Source: Sarea resinae | Taxonomy: Eukaryota | Direction: 5' to 3' | DNA length: 64,000 nt | Assembly: GCA_026026165.1 (NCBI GenBank) | Contig: JAPEUD010000065.1 | Location: 62,001-126,000, forward strand | Part shown: positions 13,980-27,828 of the stretch, piece after piece | Position numbering within the stretch: the first letter of the stretch is position 1 | How the letters are laid out: every line of letters begins with the position of its first letter | Translations under genes and position numbers: made by a program | The notes under the pieces: generated by a model | The model's database searches: none | What the model was told of the DNA's origin: nothing | Seen by the model: the letters and a program-made list of their open reading frames with translations, nothing else

Positions 13980-15084
13980 TCTGCAGGGCTTGTCTATATT
14001 TTGGATTCAGCGATTTGATTATTTGGGAGCTCTGGACTACAGAGCTTCCAGGACGGCGAAGCGTTTGTTTATCTTATCTGGTGGGCGGGATCAACTGGGA
14101 CTATTATCATGGGCAGGTCGCAGGGTGCATTACTTGATCTCTTCTCAGGTGCTATATACATGCACGCTTCAATAGGAATTAGCCGTGCAATGACTCTACG
14201 TTACCACAAAGTGCCTGAGACCTACCTTAGTATTGAACGATGGCGCCTCGGTTTGCAAATGACCCCAAAGCACTGGCGGGTTGCCGAAGCGCTGATCAGC
14301 TGGAGCCCAGCGTTGGTGATACGAAGTACAATGTCCGGCGCACCATAGAAACCAACTACTTCGTACTTAGGTACGTACTGCCGGTCCTACAACGTCGATC
14401 AGATCCATCCATCGACATTACTGCGTACTCCGTAGTCTTCAGTAGTACTCAAGAAAAAGTTCGTGAATTCTATCTCGACAGCTGCCAGCATTGCTTATTT
14501 CCACCACCGCTTCGCCCATATCCTGTGTTCTGTCCCGTCAAGGTGCCTATAACGCATGCCCTGGTAGACTGCATCGACTTTTGACATCTTCTTTTACCGG
14601 CACGTTGGCCTTCACCAACGCAGTGGCGACGGCGACGACCTTCACGACCCTAACGACCTTACGAACAACATTCAAAAATTGCCCAATTTGGCCGCTTCGA
14701 CGGCTCCCAAGCTCGATCAGTTTCATTAATGCAAGTAGGAGCTATAATACCGCTTACGCTCGTTCGAGTCTGCAATTAGCCCTCCTTGATCCTAAAAGCA
14801 GCAATCAAGCACATGCTTCTTCAATCAGGAGCCTTCATACGCCTAGTCAACGAGTCCGAAGAAAGGCTCAAATAAAAAGCACCAACACTGAGAAAATCTA
14901 TGTGACCAAGAGATATCTTCCTGGTAGTCCACCGCTCAGACCGCAAGGTTTAAGATCTCGTCTGCTGCAGGGCCCAATTCTCCGTTCGAACCGGAAGAGG
15001 CACCACATCATCTTCCATCCATATGATGGGAGGATCCCGCGTCTACTACAGCGACAAAGGAAACCCAGAAAGACCTGGGCCAAG

Positions 15085-18000
15085 ATGAGATCCGAAGTCC
15101 ATTTTGTTTCCACACCAACGGCAGATACTCGGGGCACCTCACTGCTGCTGCATTTCGATAAAAAGCGATACCTGATCGGCAATGTTTCAGAAGGCACACA
15201 AAGGGCTGCCGTACAGAGGGGCTTCAAGCTACTCAGGGTCTCAAACATATTTTTGACGGGAAAGACTGAATGGGCGAACACCGGAGGGCTCATTGGCATG
15301 ATACTGTCGTTGGCCGACGCAAGCACTACTGCAGCAATTGCGGCTGAGGAAGCAAAGGGCAAGAAGGCAACAAAAGGCGCAGAAGATGGGATTGAAAATC
15401 ATCTGACAGTCCATGGCGGCGAAAACTTGAATCATACCATGGCGACTGCAAGGAGATTTGTTTTCAGACAAGGAATGCCCGTCACTCTCAATGAATACTC
15501 TGATAGATCAGAGCGCCAAAACAAGAATAATGGTAAACTGGAACCATCCTGGAGCGATGAAAACATTCTAGTCTGGGCGATGCCCATATCTCCTGAACTT
15601 GATACGAAGTCCCGATCTCGTTCTGGAACGCGGAGTCCTTCAAAAAGAAGCTTTGATGAAATGGCCAACGCCATAGACATAAATGGTGCTAACGTTAGTG
15701 AGTCGGCGGAAGAGAAGAGAGATAGAGAGGACCAGATGCGCAAATCGATTGTCTCAGAGATGTTTGACTCCTCTTGGCGCTTGGACGCGCTCGTCGAAGT
15801 CCCGCTATCTGAAGTTCGATTACCTGCGGCCATCTTTGTACGCAACAAGGATACTAAAAGCTTGGAGAAGTATGATGGGCCCTTGCCAGGGGGCAATGCT
15901 GAACTGCCGGACATTCAGGTTCTGGTGCGAACGCCGTGGCCTGGTGCTATGATCACCAAACTACCACCCACGCAACCTTCCACACAGGCCGTTTCGTATA
16001 TAATTCGCAATCATTATCAGCGCGGAAAATTTCTTCCTCAGAAGGCGAAGGAGTTGAAGGTTGAAATTCCGCAATACCGCGTGCTCGCCGCCGGAAAGAG
16101 TGTCACATTATCCGACGGTAAAGTCGTCACCCCCGAGATGGTTCTTGAGGAAGGTAAACCAGGCAGTGGCTTTGCCGTTGTAGAGCTACCATCGATCGAA
16201 TACGTTGCAAGTCTTATTGGGAGGGAAGAATGGACTGCACGCGAAGTAATGAAAGGTGTGGGTGCTGTGGTTTGGATCCTTGGACCTGGAGTGGGTTCAG
16301 ATGAAAGGCTACGGAAATTCATGTCCGACCATAGCAACTTAAAACATATTGTGTCCTCAGGAGATTATTGTACCAACAGTATTGCTTTTACTTCTGCAGC
16401 TGGATCGTCGATCCAACTGGGTCTTATTGACCCCATTCGGTTTCCGGTACCAGTCCACGACAATGATACGCTACCACAAGCAGGCTGGGGCTCGTCCTCA
16501 GATGTTCTGCCTCCCGGGCCTCTCTTCACAGAGGCAAAGGCAGGACTCAAGATACAATTGGAGCCTGCCTTTGAAGTCCAAGAGCAGGAAGCTGCTCCTT
16601 TATTCAACCCTATACCATTGTTAAAGAGCACTCCACAGAACATCCTGCGTCTCGCGCAGCAGGCTAGGGATGAGGTAGCATCGAAAGAGTTCCTGGAAGA
16701 GCTGGCAGAGAAGCAGATTGATTTGCCGAGCCAAGATGCGGAAATCATCACCCTAGGGACTGGCTCTGCGCTACCGTCGAAGTATCGCAACGTATCCGCA
16801 ACTCTTCTTCGCGTTCCGGGATATGGGTCTTATTTGCTTGATTGCGGCGAGAACACTCTGGGTCAACTAAAAAGGGTGTTCAAACCCAGTGAGTTGAAAG
16901 AGGTCCTTCGAGATCTTAAAATGATCTGGATCAGTCATCTCCACGCCGATCATCATCTTGGAACTGTTTCTGTCATTAAAGCGTGGTATCAGGAGCACTA
17001 CGGTCAACGCTCTGCAGAGTCAGGCAGCGAGGAAAAGAAGCGTCTTTTCGTGGTATCCGACCGAGCCATGATTAATTGGCTCGACGAATATGCTTCTGTT
17101 GAGTCGTATGGCCACGATAAGCTTATGGCAATGTCCGTTGAGAATGCCGTTCCGTCTAAGGAGAAGCGCTCAACCCTGACCTGGAAAGACAATGAGCCGA
17201 TTGCATTAGTCGAGGACGGCAAAGATGATGCTCTGTATGTGCTACTGTCACCTTCACTGCACTCGCAATTTATTCGCTAATTCCATAGATACAGAGGCAG
17301 CTTATTCAAGTCCGCAACCGGTCTCTCCGATATCCAAAGCGTAGCAGTCCAGCACTGCGCCGGTGCGAAGGCCGTCTCTCTAACATTTCCCAACGGCTTC
17401 AAGTTCTCCTACAGCGGCGACTGTCGCCCGTGCAACAACTTTGCCATCATCGGCAAGGACTCCACGGTCGTCCTCCACGAAGCCACTTTCGACGACGAAC
17501 TCCACGGGGATGCCCTCGCGAAGAAGCACTCTACCACCAGCGAGGCGCTGGGCGTTGCCGCCAAAATGCGTGCCAAACGGGTTATCCTTACGCATTTCTC
17601 CCAGAGATATCAAAGGATTCCCGTTATGATCAATGCAGAGGGCGAAGATGATGCCGGCAACGCCCAGAACGTGGTGGAGGTCGGGGAAGCGCAGGCCGAC
17701 TCCGACACCACCATGGCAGACGCCTACGACGGCCCGATCGAGAACCCCACCGGCCCTCCTCCCGCATCCTCTCTTACCGGACCGGAACCACCTTCCAACG
17801 CCACCACCAACAACGACGACGACAACGCTAACGCTCCACCACCCTCGTCGTCCGCCCCGTCCGCCCCCGCGATCGTCCAGTTCAAAAAGCCGCCCTCGAT
17901 CGACATGAAGGTCGGTATCGCATTCGACTACATGCGCGTGCGCGTCGGCGAGATCGCCCACCTCGAGCGCTTCACCCCGGTGCTGTCGGCCTACTTCGAG

Positions 18001-18315
18001 GAGAAGACGCGCGAGGAGGCCCGGGCCAAGGAGGCGTCGAAGGCGGCGGCGGCGGAGAAGGGGAGAGAGGCCGAGCTCGCCAAGGCGGCGAAGGCGAGGC
18101 TGAGGGATGAGAAGCGCGCCGAGGAGGTGAGGGCGATGCGTGAGAAGAAGGAGAGGGAGAAGGGCGAAAAGGGCGAGAAGGGTGGGATGGCCGGGAAGGA
18201 GAAGACGAGGAAGGGGAAAGGGAAAGGACAGGCTAATAAAAGGGAGGAGTTCAAGACACAAGAACTTGGGGAGCGTGGAACAAAGAAGGAGGAGGATGAG
18301 AAGGGATCGAGTTGA
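15085..18315 (+). CDS. TRZ1: tRNase Z, long form (tRNA 3' processing, metallo-beta-lactamase fold)
   Basis: TPTADT..EGTQR N-terminal motif; LGTGSALPSKYRNVS, LLDCGE, SHLHADHH, YSGDCRP, HEAT, LTHFSQRY. Intron 17235-17288. First in-frame ATG at 15085, but the frame is open from 14467. Confidence 0.95.
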
Positions 18316-18899
18316 GATCCTTCTTCTCTGTGTGCGATGCCATCATCAGTCAGCCCATCTCACCTGACAATCCCTTCCTCGTGTATATTGAATTCCCTGG
18401 CATTTCCTGCATCTTGCAGACTCCGGATATAGAAATCATGTCACACATGAGACGAAACAGCATCGAATTCTCACATCTGTGCCATTGATGCTACCAACAA
18501 CATATAAACCTCTCAAGACCATACCATACCGTACAATACAATACGGTGCATGACAACTCGTATCTTAAATCTTGCATCTTATATCATAAAGACTCGACGA
18601 TCATCTCGAAGCGATCCCAACCCCATCTGTACAAGCTTTCAAGAAATTACTTTCCTTGTTTCTCCCCAACCGAGACTCCGTCGCGGATTGCCACGACTGG
18701 CACTAGCCGCGCGGCCCATGACCGATTGATATTCAAGGCAATGAGTGAACACGGCAGCTCTCGTTGTTTTGGTTTCCCCGGCTCATCTAATTCATCTCTC
18801 ATCTTCAACCCCAAACCAGCGCAGTCCGACCCGCATTTAATCGCAAGGAAGCAAGCAAGCAGAAGAGGCCACCACAAGGGGAAGACAAGCATTATCGTT

Positions 18900-21076
18900 C
18901 TAATACCCGGCGGGCTCGATCTTGGCGGGGAAAGCCGGCTCTTTGAGGTTGGAAGCACATGCGCGTTTCCAGTTCTTCGGCGTGAATTTGTCGGTGACGG
19001 ATTTGAAGGCTTCCTATTTTTTTTCGCGCGTTCGGGCTGAATTAGTTTGGGGATAGAAAGGCGGGTGTTCAATTTGGAGGATGTGATGGGGGTTAGGCGG
19101 AGCGAGGGAACAAGAGGCACGGAAAGAGAAGGAGGGCCACACAGAGGGGAATATTTCGTATGGGGGCTGAAGGGAAAGGAGAAAAAGAGAACGAGGAGAT
19201 CAAGACTAACCAACGTGCAAAATGTCTCGTCGCCTTCGAGATGGTTGCCCGGTTTCCTGCAGGCCGGGATCGTCATCGCGCGGTCATTGTATCGCACACG
19301 CACGTAATAGCCCTGGAGCTTTTCCTTCTCGTTCGTGCTCAGCTGCTCCATGGGTTTTCGTGCGATACCCCTTGCCTGGGGCGCAGAGCCGCCGTCTGCA
19401 GTTTCCTTCGTGGCGCCGAAGAGGCGTGCCCATAGGCCTTGGGGCTTTTGCTCCTCCAGCTGTGAGCCGTGGCCGACCTCGCCAAGGGTAGGTGTCCTTC
19501 CCGGGACGAGTTCGCTGTCTGGTTTTCGTTCCGCCTGCCGGAAGAGTTCCAGGGCGAGATGACTTGTGTACGGAGGCCATTTCTCGCCCTCAAAGGCGCC
19601 GAGACTAGCCAGTACGCCTGCGAGCGTCGTGTCGTGGCACCCCGAGAGCGCAAAGCGGATGCCCTTTTCGCCGCCCCTGCCACTACCTAGAGTGCCGTCT
19701 TCGCCACCGACTTCGGTGATTCCGTCGTTCCTCTTTCTTTCAACGCTGCCGACCATGCGCGTGACTATGTCGCCTACTAGGGCGCCCATTCCCAGGCTTC
19801 TGTACTCTACGGATTCTTTGTAGCCGTCGAACCATTCCTCAACGCCGATGCGGTCGATAATCTCGCGGCTTTTGGTGTCGTAGAACTCTGCGGGGAGGCG
19901 CGTCTCAGGACCATGGGCCAGTGTGCTGTTGATAGTGTCCATGATGCCGGAGAGGCGCGGGTGCGAGTCGACTGCCACCTGGGGAGAGGAGGCGGGCATC
20001 CACTTGGAAATGAGCTTGTTGAGATACTCCATCTCGTTCGTGTCATTCCCTGAATTTTTTTTAACAGTCAGAAGGTTTCGCAGATCTGATCTTCTTGCAG
20101 GGGACTCTACTGACAGCGGTCTGCGGCTCTCTGGGCAAAGGCTCGACTCAGCTGGCTGAATCGTCTACAGTTACCATCATTGGGAAACAGCGTTTCGTCT
20201 GCCGGTGTTCTGGTGAGAATCGTTGGTCGAGGGAATGACGCCGTTCGAGTTGAGTGAGGGTAAAATCCCCAGAAGACCTGTTGGAGGGATTCAAGAGCTC
20301 GGGGCATGGGCGTTGCGCGTAGATAGAACATGTCAGCGTCCGCAATCACCTTGGGCATGAAGCCGAGTTGGTCCACGTAAAGGTGCCGCAATCGCTGGCC
20401 CAGAGCCAGAGTCGTCTCTCTTCCCGTGTCCGTGAGCTCGCCCAATTGGCTGTGTAGTCGAGAAATGAGCCATCATCTTGCCAATCCTCAACAGATCAGG
20501 GAGGGGCTCACCAGATGGCGTCCACTGTTCCGTTCGGACCTGCTGCAACGACCGGCCCGTCATCGTCACCAAAGGTCTCAAGCCGGTGCCTCCAATCCAT
20601 TTCATCCCAGTGCGAGGCATCCTTGCCGGTCATGACCATGCTGGCCATGCGTTTGGCCGCGCTGCAGTACGGCCAATCTAAAGACAGATGAGTAAAGTTT
20701 ATAAATTGCTAGCGATCGGGGATTGAATCTCACAAGGCGGCACGCCGGCCTATCGCCATTCTCAGTTTGCCATTCATGTGAAGCGCTTTAAAAGGACGAC
20801 TCTGACTCACATTTTGGAATCTGGCGGATACTGGACTTCTTTCACCTGTGGACGGTCTTCTCAGCTGTTTGAACTACCATGCTGGACAAATTGCGGAATA
20901 TCTACCATGCCGCAGAAGCTGTTGTATGCTGTCAGTATTGATCTTGAGCAGAACGAAGGCACATGGGATATGGGCGAGCGACGCACGACTTGGACCAATT
21001 GAAGCTGTAGACCCCTCGGATAGAGCTTCTCGAGCTCGTCCTTTGAGTAAGGAGCTCGAGGCTGAAGGGTCGTCAT
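18900..21076 (-). CDS. Histidine acid phosphatase (branch 2)
   Basis: Spliced LLRHGERSP motif, GELT, and GCHDTT. Multi-exon; last exon EAFKSVTDKFTPKNWKRAC...PAGY ends at TAG 18900-18902. Confidence 0.9.
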
Positions 21077-22094
21077 GGTGGAAAATCACTGGATGGATTT
21101 CGACTCAGTGAGGTCGTTGCATGATCCAAAAGCCTCCAGGAAAGCAAAGACAATTTAAAGGCAGATGAACGGTGAGCGGGCAGGTTAGGTTGTCCGCCGT
21201 TCTGCTGCACGTAATGCGGGATTTCGCTATGACGGGCCGCGGAATTCGCCGTCTCGGCCTCGGTGGAGAACAATGCGATATATCCAACATCCGCATCGAT
21301 ATCAATGTCAACATCGACATCAGCCTCGACATTAGCCTCGACATCTTCTCCGTAGTAGCAAGGCCTTCAAGACCTGTAAGACTTCCAGTGCCTATAGAAA
21401 GCTCTTTTCTATATGCTCACTCTCCTTACACCTGCTCATGCTCTTAGCACTGCAGAGCTTGCAACAATAGCTTACCTTAGATAGGTCCCAAAAGCAAGAT
21501 AAGCCTTATTTGGCAACTTGCAGACTAGAAGGCATGAAGTAGAAAAAGTAAGACTATTAGGCTTAGAGATATTCGTACTCGTGGCTTAGAGAGGAAGACA
21601 AGTAGAGGTGTATTGTAAAGGGGTCGAAGGAGGATGGCATATTGATATAAGTAGCAGCTAGAGCATAATCTATTGTGCAGTGCAGTGTTGTGGATTTGTA
21701 ATCCGTTCATGTTTCACGCACACATTATATACAGAGACTTGTACAGATCTCTCTGTAGAATAGACGTTATTCATGATAGCTTCCAGACCTTAGATATTTG
21801 GAAAGAAAGCTACTACTTCGACGGCAAACCAGGCGCTTTATAACTCGCGCGCCATCTAAAATATCGTCGAGCTTTGGCATTCCCTCCCCCAATCGGTCTA
21901 ACAGGTAGATGCCATAGGAAAACCCATCTATCTTTTTGAGAAGATCATTCCAAACACTATGTTTGAGTATATATGTGCCTGCTCACGTCCTGCACTCCCA
22001 TCCAACCACCCCAAAACATCATTTTTTCACTTTGACTCATTTCATCTGATCCGTCACATTCTGTCCCGTTCATGAAGCAGATTTCTGCGTAAAA

Positions 22095-24393
22095 TTAATT
22101 GGCGATGATATCATGCACGTCCAGGACCTCGTCGTCCTCACCGTCCCCGTTGCCCCCACTAAGGTCGAACGCGTCGCCTCCTTCGGCCGACTCATCGTCT
22201 AGGCCTTCGAAGATCATGAATTTCTCGTTTTTGGCATCCGCTGGGAATGGGGAAGGGAAAGTTTTAGTATTGGTTTGTGAATGTGAGATGAGAAGAAGAA
22301 CAACAAGAAGAAGTCAAGCGACAAGGACAACGGATGAAGGAAAAGACAATGGATTGAAAACCGTGGAAAAAAGGGGGAAGGAGAGGAAAAGTTGACTTAC
22401 TCTCATCAGGAATGACGTTGCCTTCCTGGACCTCACAATCCCTGAGCACAGACTCCTTCCCGATCCGAGACCTACGGCCTAGGATACAGCCATCAAGCTT
22501 ACACTTCTCGCCCACGACTGTGCCGTCCATGAGCAGACATCTCGTGAGACGAGCGCCGGCTTCGACCTTGCAGTTGGCACCGATGACGCTTTCTTTGATG
22601 ACGGCGCGCTCCTCGACCGTGACATTCTCCGCGATGAGACAGTCGCCGCGTGTTACGGTGCAGCGGGAGGCGAGGCCGGGGGGATAGGCAACTTTGGAGG
22701 CATGCGCGAAGGGGGACGCGAGTGTGCGGTTGCCGGGCCCAAGATCGTCGAGGGAATCGAGCTTGGCGAGACGTAGGGAGACGGTCAGGAGGAGGGCGGC
22801 AGTATCGACGCGATGCAGGAGGGTGGTCGATGGTGGCTGTGAGTGAGTGTATGCTAGCATGGGTGGGATCAGGAGTTTGGATTTGGGTTGTTGGGAGGCG
22901 GACGCGGACAAGGGGTGGAGTGTGGATCTGGGGTCTTGGACACGAGAGGCATAGTGGCTAGAAGGTTTGGAAGAGGAGTTATGATCACTGATGCCGCCGC
23001 CGAGCTGGCTGGTCCAGGTCGAGCTCATGCTGCCGACGTCAATGTCTTCTTCGATGAAGGTACTATTGCCCATATTGTTCTCATCTGCGTCCTGCTCTTC
23101 GGTGCTGTCGAAGACGTCGCGTAGACCGAGTTTCTCGCCCAGGCCATCCTGCCAGCCTGCTTTGGCCCACCAACCGACAACATCCTCAGCGATACTGTCC
23201 ATCTTCTCGTTGCGCTTGACCATGTCGAGGATCCAATAAGGGAAAAAGTAGATGTGTGCGTCGCGATGAGTTGTGAGCATTTTGACGTTAGCGTGCTTAC
23301 GGAGCAAAGAGTGGCGGACTGGGAAGGACTTCTTCTCTTCGGTGATATCTTTGAGAGTGTCGGTTGGGATGGAGTAGACGAGGTGCGAGAGATTCTGGCG
23401 GTGCGAGCCGGGAGGTATGGAGACAACGGGGGCGGGAAGGGGCGAGGTGGCTACGAAGTCGGTTTCTTCTCCTTTGACACCACCGTCACCTTTCGTTTGA
23501 TACCAAACACCGAGGCCACCTCTTCGTCCTCCCTTTTCGCCTCCAATGCTCATCTTGTGGAGTGACATCTCGGAGGGAACGCCACTGGCACCTCCTAGTC
23601 CGGCTTGCTGAATCATCCATAGTTCGAGGAAAGCTTCTCCTCCAATCTCGCAGACTAAGTCGCATGGTAAAAGTAGGAAGTCTCCAACGATCTCCTTTTG
23701 GACCTCCGGGAGACGGAGGATTTCGGCGGTCCCCGTGGTCTGAGTGAGATCTCTAGGAGCGATGATGTCTGGCTTCGGTAGGGGTAGAGACGTGAGATGT
23801 GGGTTCTGAGAGAAGGCGGTTTCTAATGCTGCCGCTGATGAGGGTGGGGTTATGAGGCGAATATCTTGAGTGGGTTTTTAGCTTACAATCAAGGCAAATC
23901 GAGGAACGCTATGATTCGATAAGAGAGGAAGCCATGAAGAGAGCATTGCACGCGGAATGCACATATTACATCCACAAGGAAGACGAACGGGCTATCTTCT
24001 AGCCCAAAAGAAATTTAAGGAAAGCATCGCGCAGTCACAGTCTATAGATCCCAGAGCAAACTGACACCGAAATAAAATGGCTATGTGGTTCAAAGAATTT
24101 GACGCTCTATCAAAAATGGCAAAGAACATGGAGATAGGCCCCGCAGCCATCTCTAAGCAGTCATGAAGCAAATCAAACAGCCGCAGAAGCACAGGCAAAT
24201 GACAGGACTTACTAGTAATGCCGAGTCGATAGCACCATTCCAGAGGATACCAGACCATAGGCCTATTGGCGATCGGCACCAGAGCTTTGGGAAACTCATC
24301 CGGAGACGACGTGAAGGTGTTTAGCGATACACCTGGGCCGCATAGAATGAGGGCTTGAAAGCCCGCCGATGGCACTGCCTGCGCATGTGGCAT
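22095..24393 (-). CDS. GCD1: Translation initiation factor eIF2B gamma subunit
   Basis: FQALILCGPG...PKALVPIANRPMVWYPL (NTP-transferase-like) plus C-terminal hexapeptide repeats (ESVIGANCKV, GCILGRRSRIG). Last exon DAKNEKFMIFEG...IIAN*. Confidence 0.93.
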
Positions 24394-25758
24394 GGTTAAG
24401 GACACTCAGATCAGACCTCAGGATGCCGCAAGCCTTCTCTGCAGTGATCTATTCTATCAAATCAGCGCCATTCATATCGATGGATGAGGCTCTTGACGTC
24501 AAATCGTGCCGATTTGGGGCAGGCTACGATCAGTTTTCCAATTTTCAGCACGGCTGATCCATGCCGACGATAGATAGAAGTTCAGAGGCGAGTCACCATA
24601 TCTGTTCTTGCACTTACTATGATTTCAGCGGCACATGCGGCTTTGACATCAATTTTAGGGATTGACAAATGTGGCTGCGCTTTTTCGGCGTATGGAGATA
24701 TATTCCAGTGTCTTGATCAAGGCTCAGAACGTGATTGGCTCAGTGGAGTTGAATTTCGAGATTCGCAAAGGCGCTGAGTCATCATACATCATTCATCATC
24801 CGTCATTCATCCTGCGAGACAGACCCTCCAGCTACAATGCACATGCTTCGTTTTCGACGACGAAGATGCCGGTCGATATCAATAGTCATTGAGCCGTTGA
24901 GTCGTTGAGCCATTATAGTCTAGGTCCTTCGGCTTTTCCTCATGGTCTCTGATCTCTGGTCACCCCCGTGTCTGTTGGAGCGAGATGAGTGCGCCGAAGC
25001 ATAAGAAGGCATTTGAGCCTTTAGGGTGGTCTTTCAAAGGGACATCAGCTCTGGCACCAGCATCCCCGATATCTTACTTTCAAGTCAGAGAATGGTCTAG
25101 AGGTCTTGTGCTGTCTCGCGCACAAGCTGGGTATCTCTTCCCAAATTGGATTCCATGATGGCCACAGCATAGACGATCCAGACCTCTTAGCCACTGTCCC
25201 TCGCCCTGCCTCTGTCCTCGTTTTCATCTGCCTTGCCGAAGCCTCTCGATGTCTCAGTGTGAGAGGTACGATCCAATGATTTTGGCGCACATAGACAATC
25301 GATCATGATGATGCAAATCGCTCTTTGAAATGCCGGATTCACCCAATATCCATGGAGGAGGCGCTATTGATGAGTACTATTACGTACGTAGTTCTGCGTA
25401 AGATTCCATGGACGATGGAAACAGAGAGTACCTATCCAACGCTCATCAATGTACCAGATTCAATGTGCAATTCTCAAAGACACGTTCATGATTCATGCAA
25501 AAGCTCCATCTCGAAACGGTGAGAAAACCCCCCACCTCGATCGCCGCGGAGGGCTGGCGAATGATTGGCGAGTGTGGATGTTTCCCGACCACGGCGACCA
25601 GCGACCAGCCACCTCCACATCCATGTCAACAAAGCTGGCCTCTCCCGGGGTCCACAGGTCCACCAACCACCACCTCAGGATACAGCTCGCCTTTTCCATC
25701 CCCATACGATTCTTGATGATAATTTGAGGCGTTGGGCTTGGCAACAACGAAAGTGCAG

Positions 25759-27192
25759 ATGTCTTTCTCTTATGATCGATACGAACGCCAGCGTCGCCGG
25801 CAGACCTATGGCGGCAGGAGTACTCTTGGATACTGGGTTCCTCTCGTACTCAGCGTGACCGTCGCAACCATCGGCGTAGCTGCCTGGATATGGAGTGAGC
25901 GTCGCGATGATGATGACGGCGATGATGATTACGACAGACGCGAAGGCGAATATCGCGACCAAAGAGTGCCGCGCCCGTATGGACCCGGCGACGCTGCCGG
26001 ACCGCCCGAGACGGATTATGCGTACCGACGAGAGACAGAGACCACACAAGTCGAAGATGAGGGCATGTTCTCCAGAGTGTCGGGAGCGCTACGGCGAACT
26101 CCCAGCCCTCAGCAGATTTTTGATAGCGCGAGAGGTAAAGTCGCGGCCGGAATGACAGCAGCTGGCGCGGCGGTAGGAGGAGCCTTGTCGTCGATACGGG
26201 AAGAAGATAAAGATGACTTTGGCGATCACTCGCGATGGTCCGAGGAGGCGGAGAGCCGCCAAACGAATGTCGATGTGCAGTCGACTCAACGCGCGCGAGA
26301 TATTGCTTCGGATACCGCCACGCCTTTGATGCCATCTGCCCGTCAAGGAGGCCCTTCTCAGTCTCGTGGAAGTAGCAGGAAGAGGACTGTGGCAGTGGTC
26401 GTTTCTGCAGATAGTGAGAGTATCACCGAGGCTCACGATATCAATGACTACGAGCATGCAGTAAGCTAGACCATAAGCTCGAACATTGCCCACAAAAGTG
26501 CAACGCTTGCTAATCTAAGATGGGCGACACAGTCGATACTATCGCACCTTTCCCACCACATCAATGCAGACTCAGCCACGATTTATGTCCTGATCTACGT
26601 CCCAGATCTGAAACAGCACCCTCTTTCCTCCCATCCTACTCGCACAGCTCCATCAATCACTTCTTCTTACTCCAACATTGGTCAAGAAGATCTACAGACT
26701 CCCAACGAAGAGGCAGAGAAGCCTCTATCCACGGTTGACCCGATTCCTCTGAGCTCTCCATCTCCACCTTCGCGCTTGCCGGAGTCTGCTTCCCCGTTCT
26801 TTAGCGCTCTGTACACGCAGGCGCAGACTTTAGTCGACAAGGAAACAATGATCCTTCCCTTCACCACCAAGACGGGCCACGTGAATCTGCTGCGCCATCT
26901 CGCACCTGAAGTCGTCTACATCCAAGAATCGCTCTCGGGTGAGGATGGGGACGCGATATCGCAGGTATCGGGATGGGTAGGGCAGGTGGTTATCGTCGTT
27001 GGAGATGAGGATGGGCATGGGGGATTAGTGGATAGTGAGGACGATTCTGGAGCCGCTGCGCTTTCGGGACAGCACAAGGGAAACAGTTGGTGGGAGAAGG
27101 GCGATCGGGTGGGACTAGGAAAGGGAATCGAAGTAGTGGAAGGGCTAAGGATTGGAGAGGACTGGGCAAGGAGAGTCGGGGGTAAAGAGTAG
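25759..27192 (+). CDS. Pex22-like peroxisomal membrane protein
   Basis: N-terminal TM GYWVPLVLSVTVATIGVAAWIWSER, LRRTPSPQQ, HLAPEVVYIQESLSG. Intron 26461-26532. Family call recalled from fungal Pex22-like proteins. Confidence 0.7.
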
Positions 27193-27828
27193 GGCGTCTT
27201 GTTGTCTTTCTTGCATTGATCTTGGAACATTGTTTTGAGGATTGCCTTGAGATGGAGGATGAATCACGCCATGAGGAGTATAGGGGTCCATACTTTGATT
27301 TGCTGAACTGATTAATTCACGTAACCAATTTCACTTAAGAACATTGCTAGATTCATGAGAAGGGCATATAAATGTTATCACCTAAGGTATTGTGAGAGCA
27401 GTCAAAAGCTTAGATAGGTACCTTACACAAGGTAGCAAGTACCAAGGTACCGAGGTGCCTCCCGTTGCCTTATTGACCTCACCAGCACGTGATATCGTAT
27501 CGGATCGCATCTAGCCCAATTCGGGCGCATCCAGACACGACTCCATCACGTTGAGCAGACAGACGACGATGCGATCTTGAAGAAGCTGCGCTGCGCTGCT
27601 TGGTGCTTTCGAACCTTGCCTCTACCTCTTGCTGAAGCCGCGGATGCTGGTCTGTCCAAGGTGACCGATTTCGCCGTCTCTCTCGGCGCGCATACCTCTC
27701 ATCATTACACATGTCGCTGGGGTCGAACTCAGTTTGCAGAATTGGCTTGTCGAGCGGGTAGTTGCATCGTCGGCTTCCGAGGCTGTTGACCTCAATATCG
27801 TCTCTGTGGGGAGTCTCGAGCCGTCGTT

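Noticed and set aside
17380..18261. 293-aa minus-strand ORF, plus similar long antisense ORFs (29756-30526, 50988-51945)
   Set aside because: Shadows of GC-rich or low-complexity real CDSs (TRZ1, SPT20, MIS12); no motifs of their own.
18647..19210. Long hydrophobic C-terminal extension of the phosphatase in the ORF track
   Set aside because: Read-through of an intron; the spliced gene ends at 18900.
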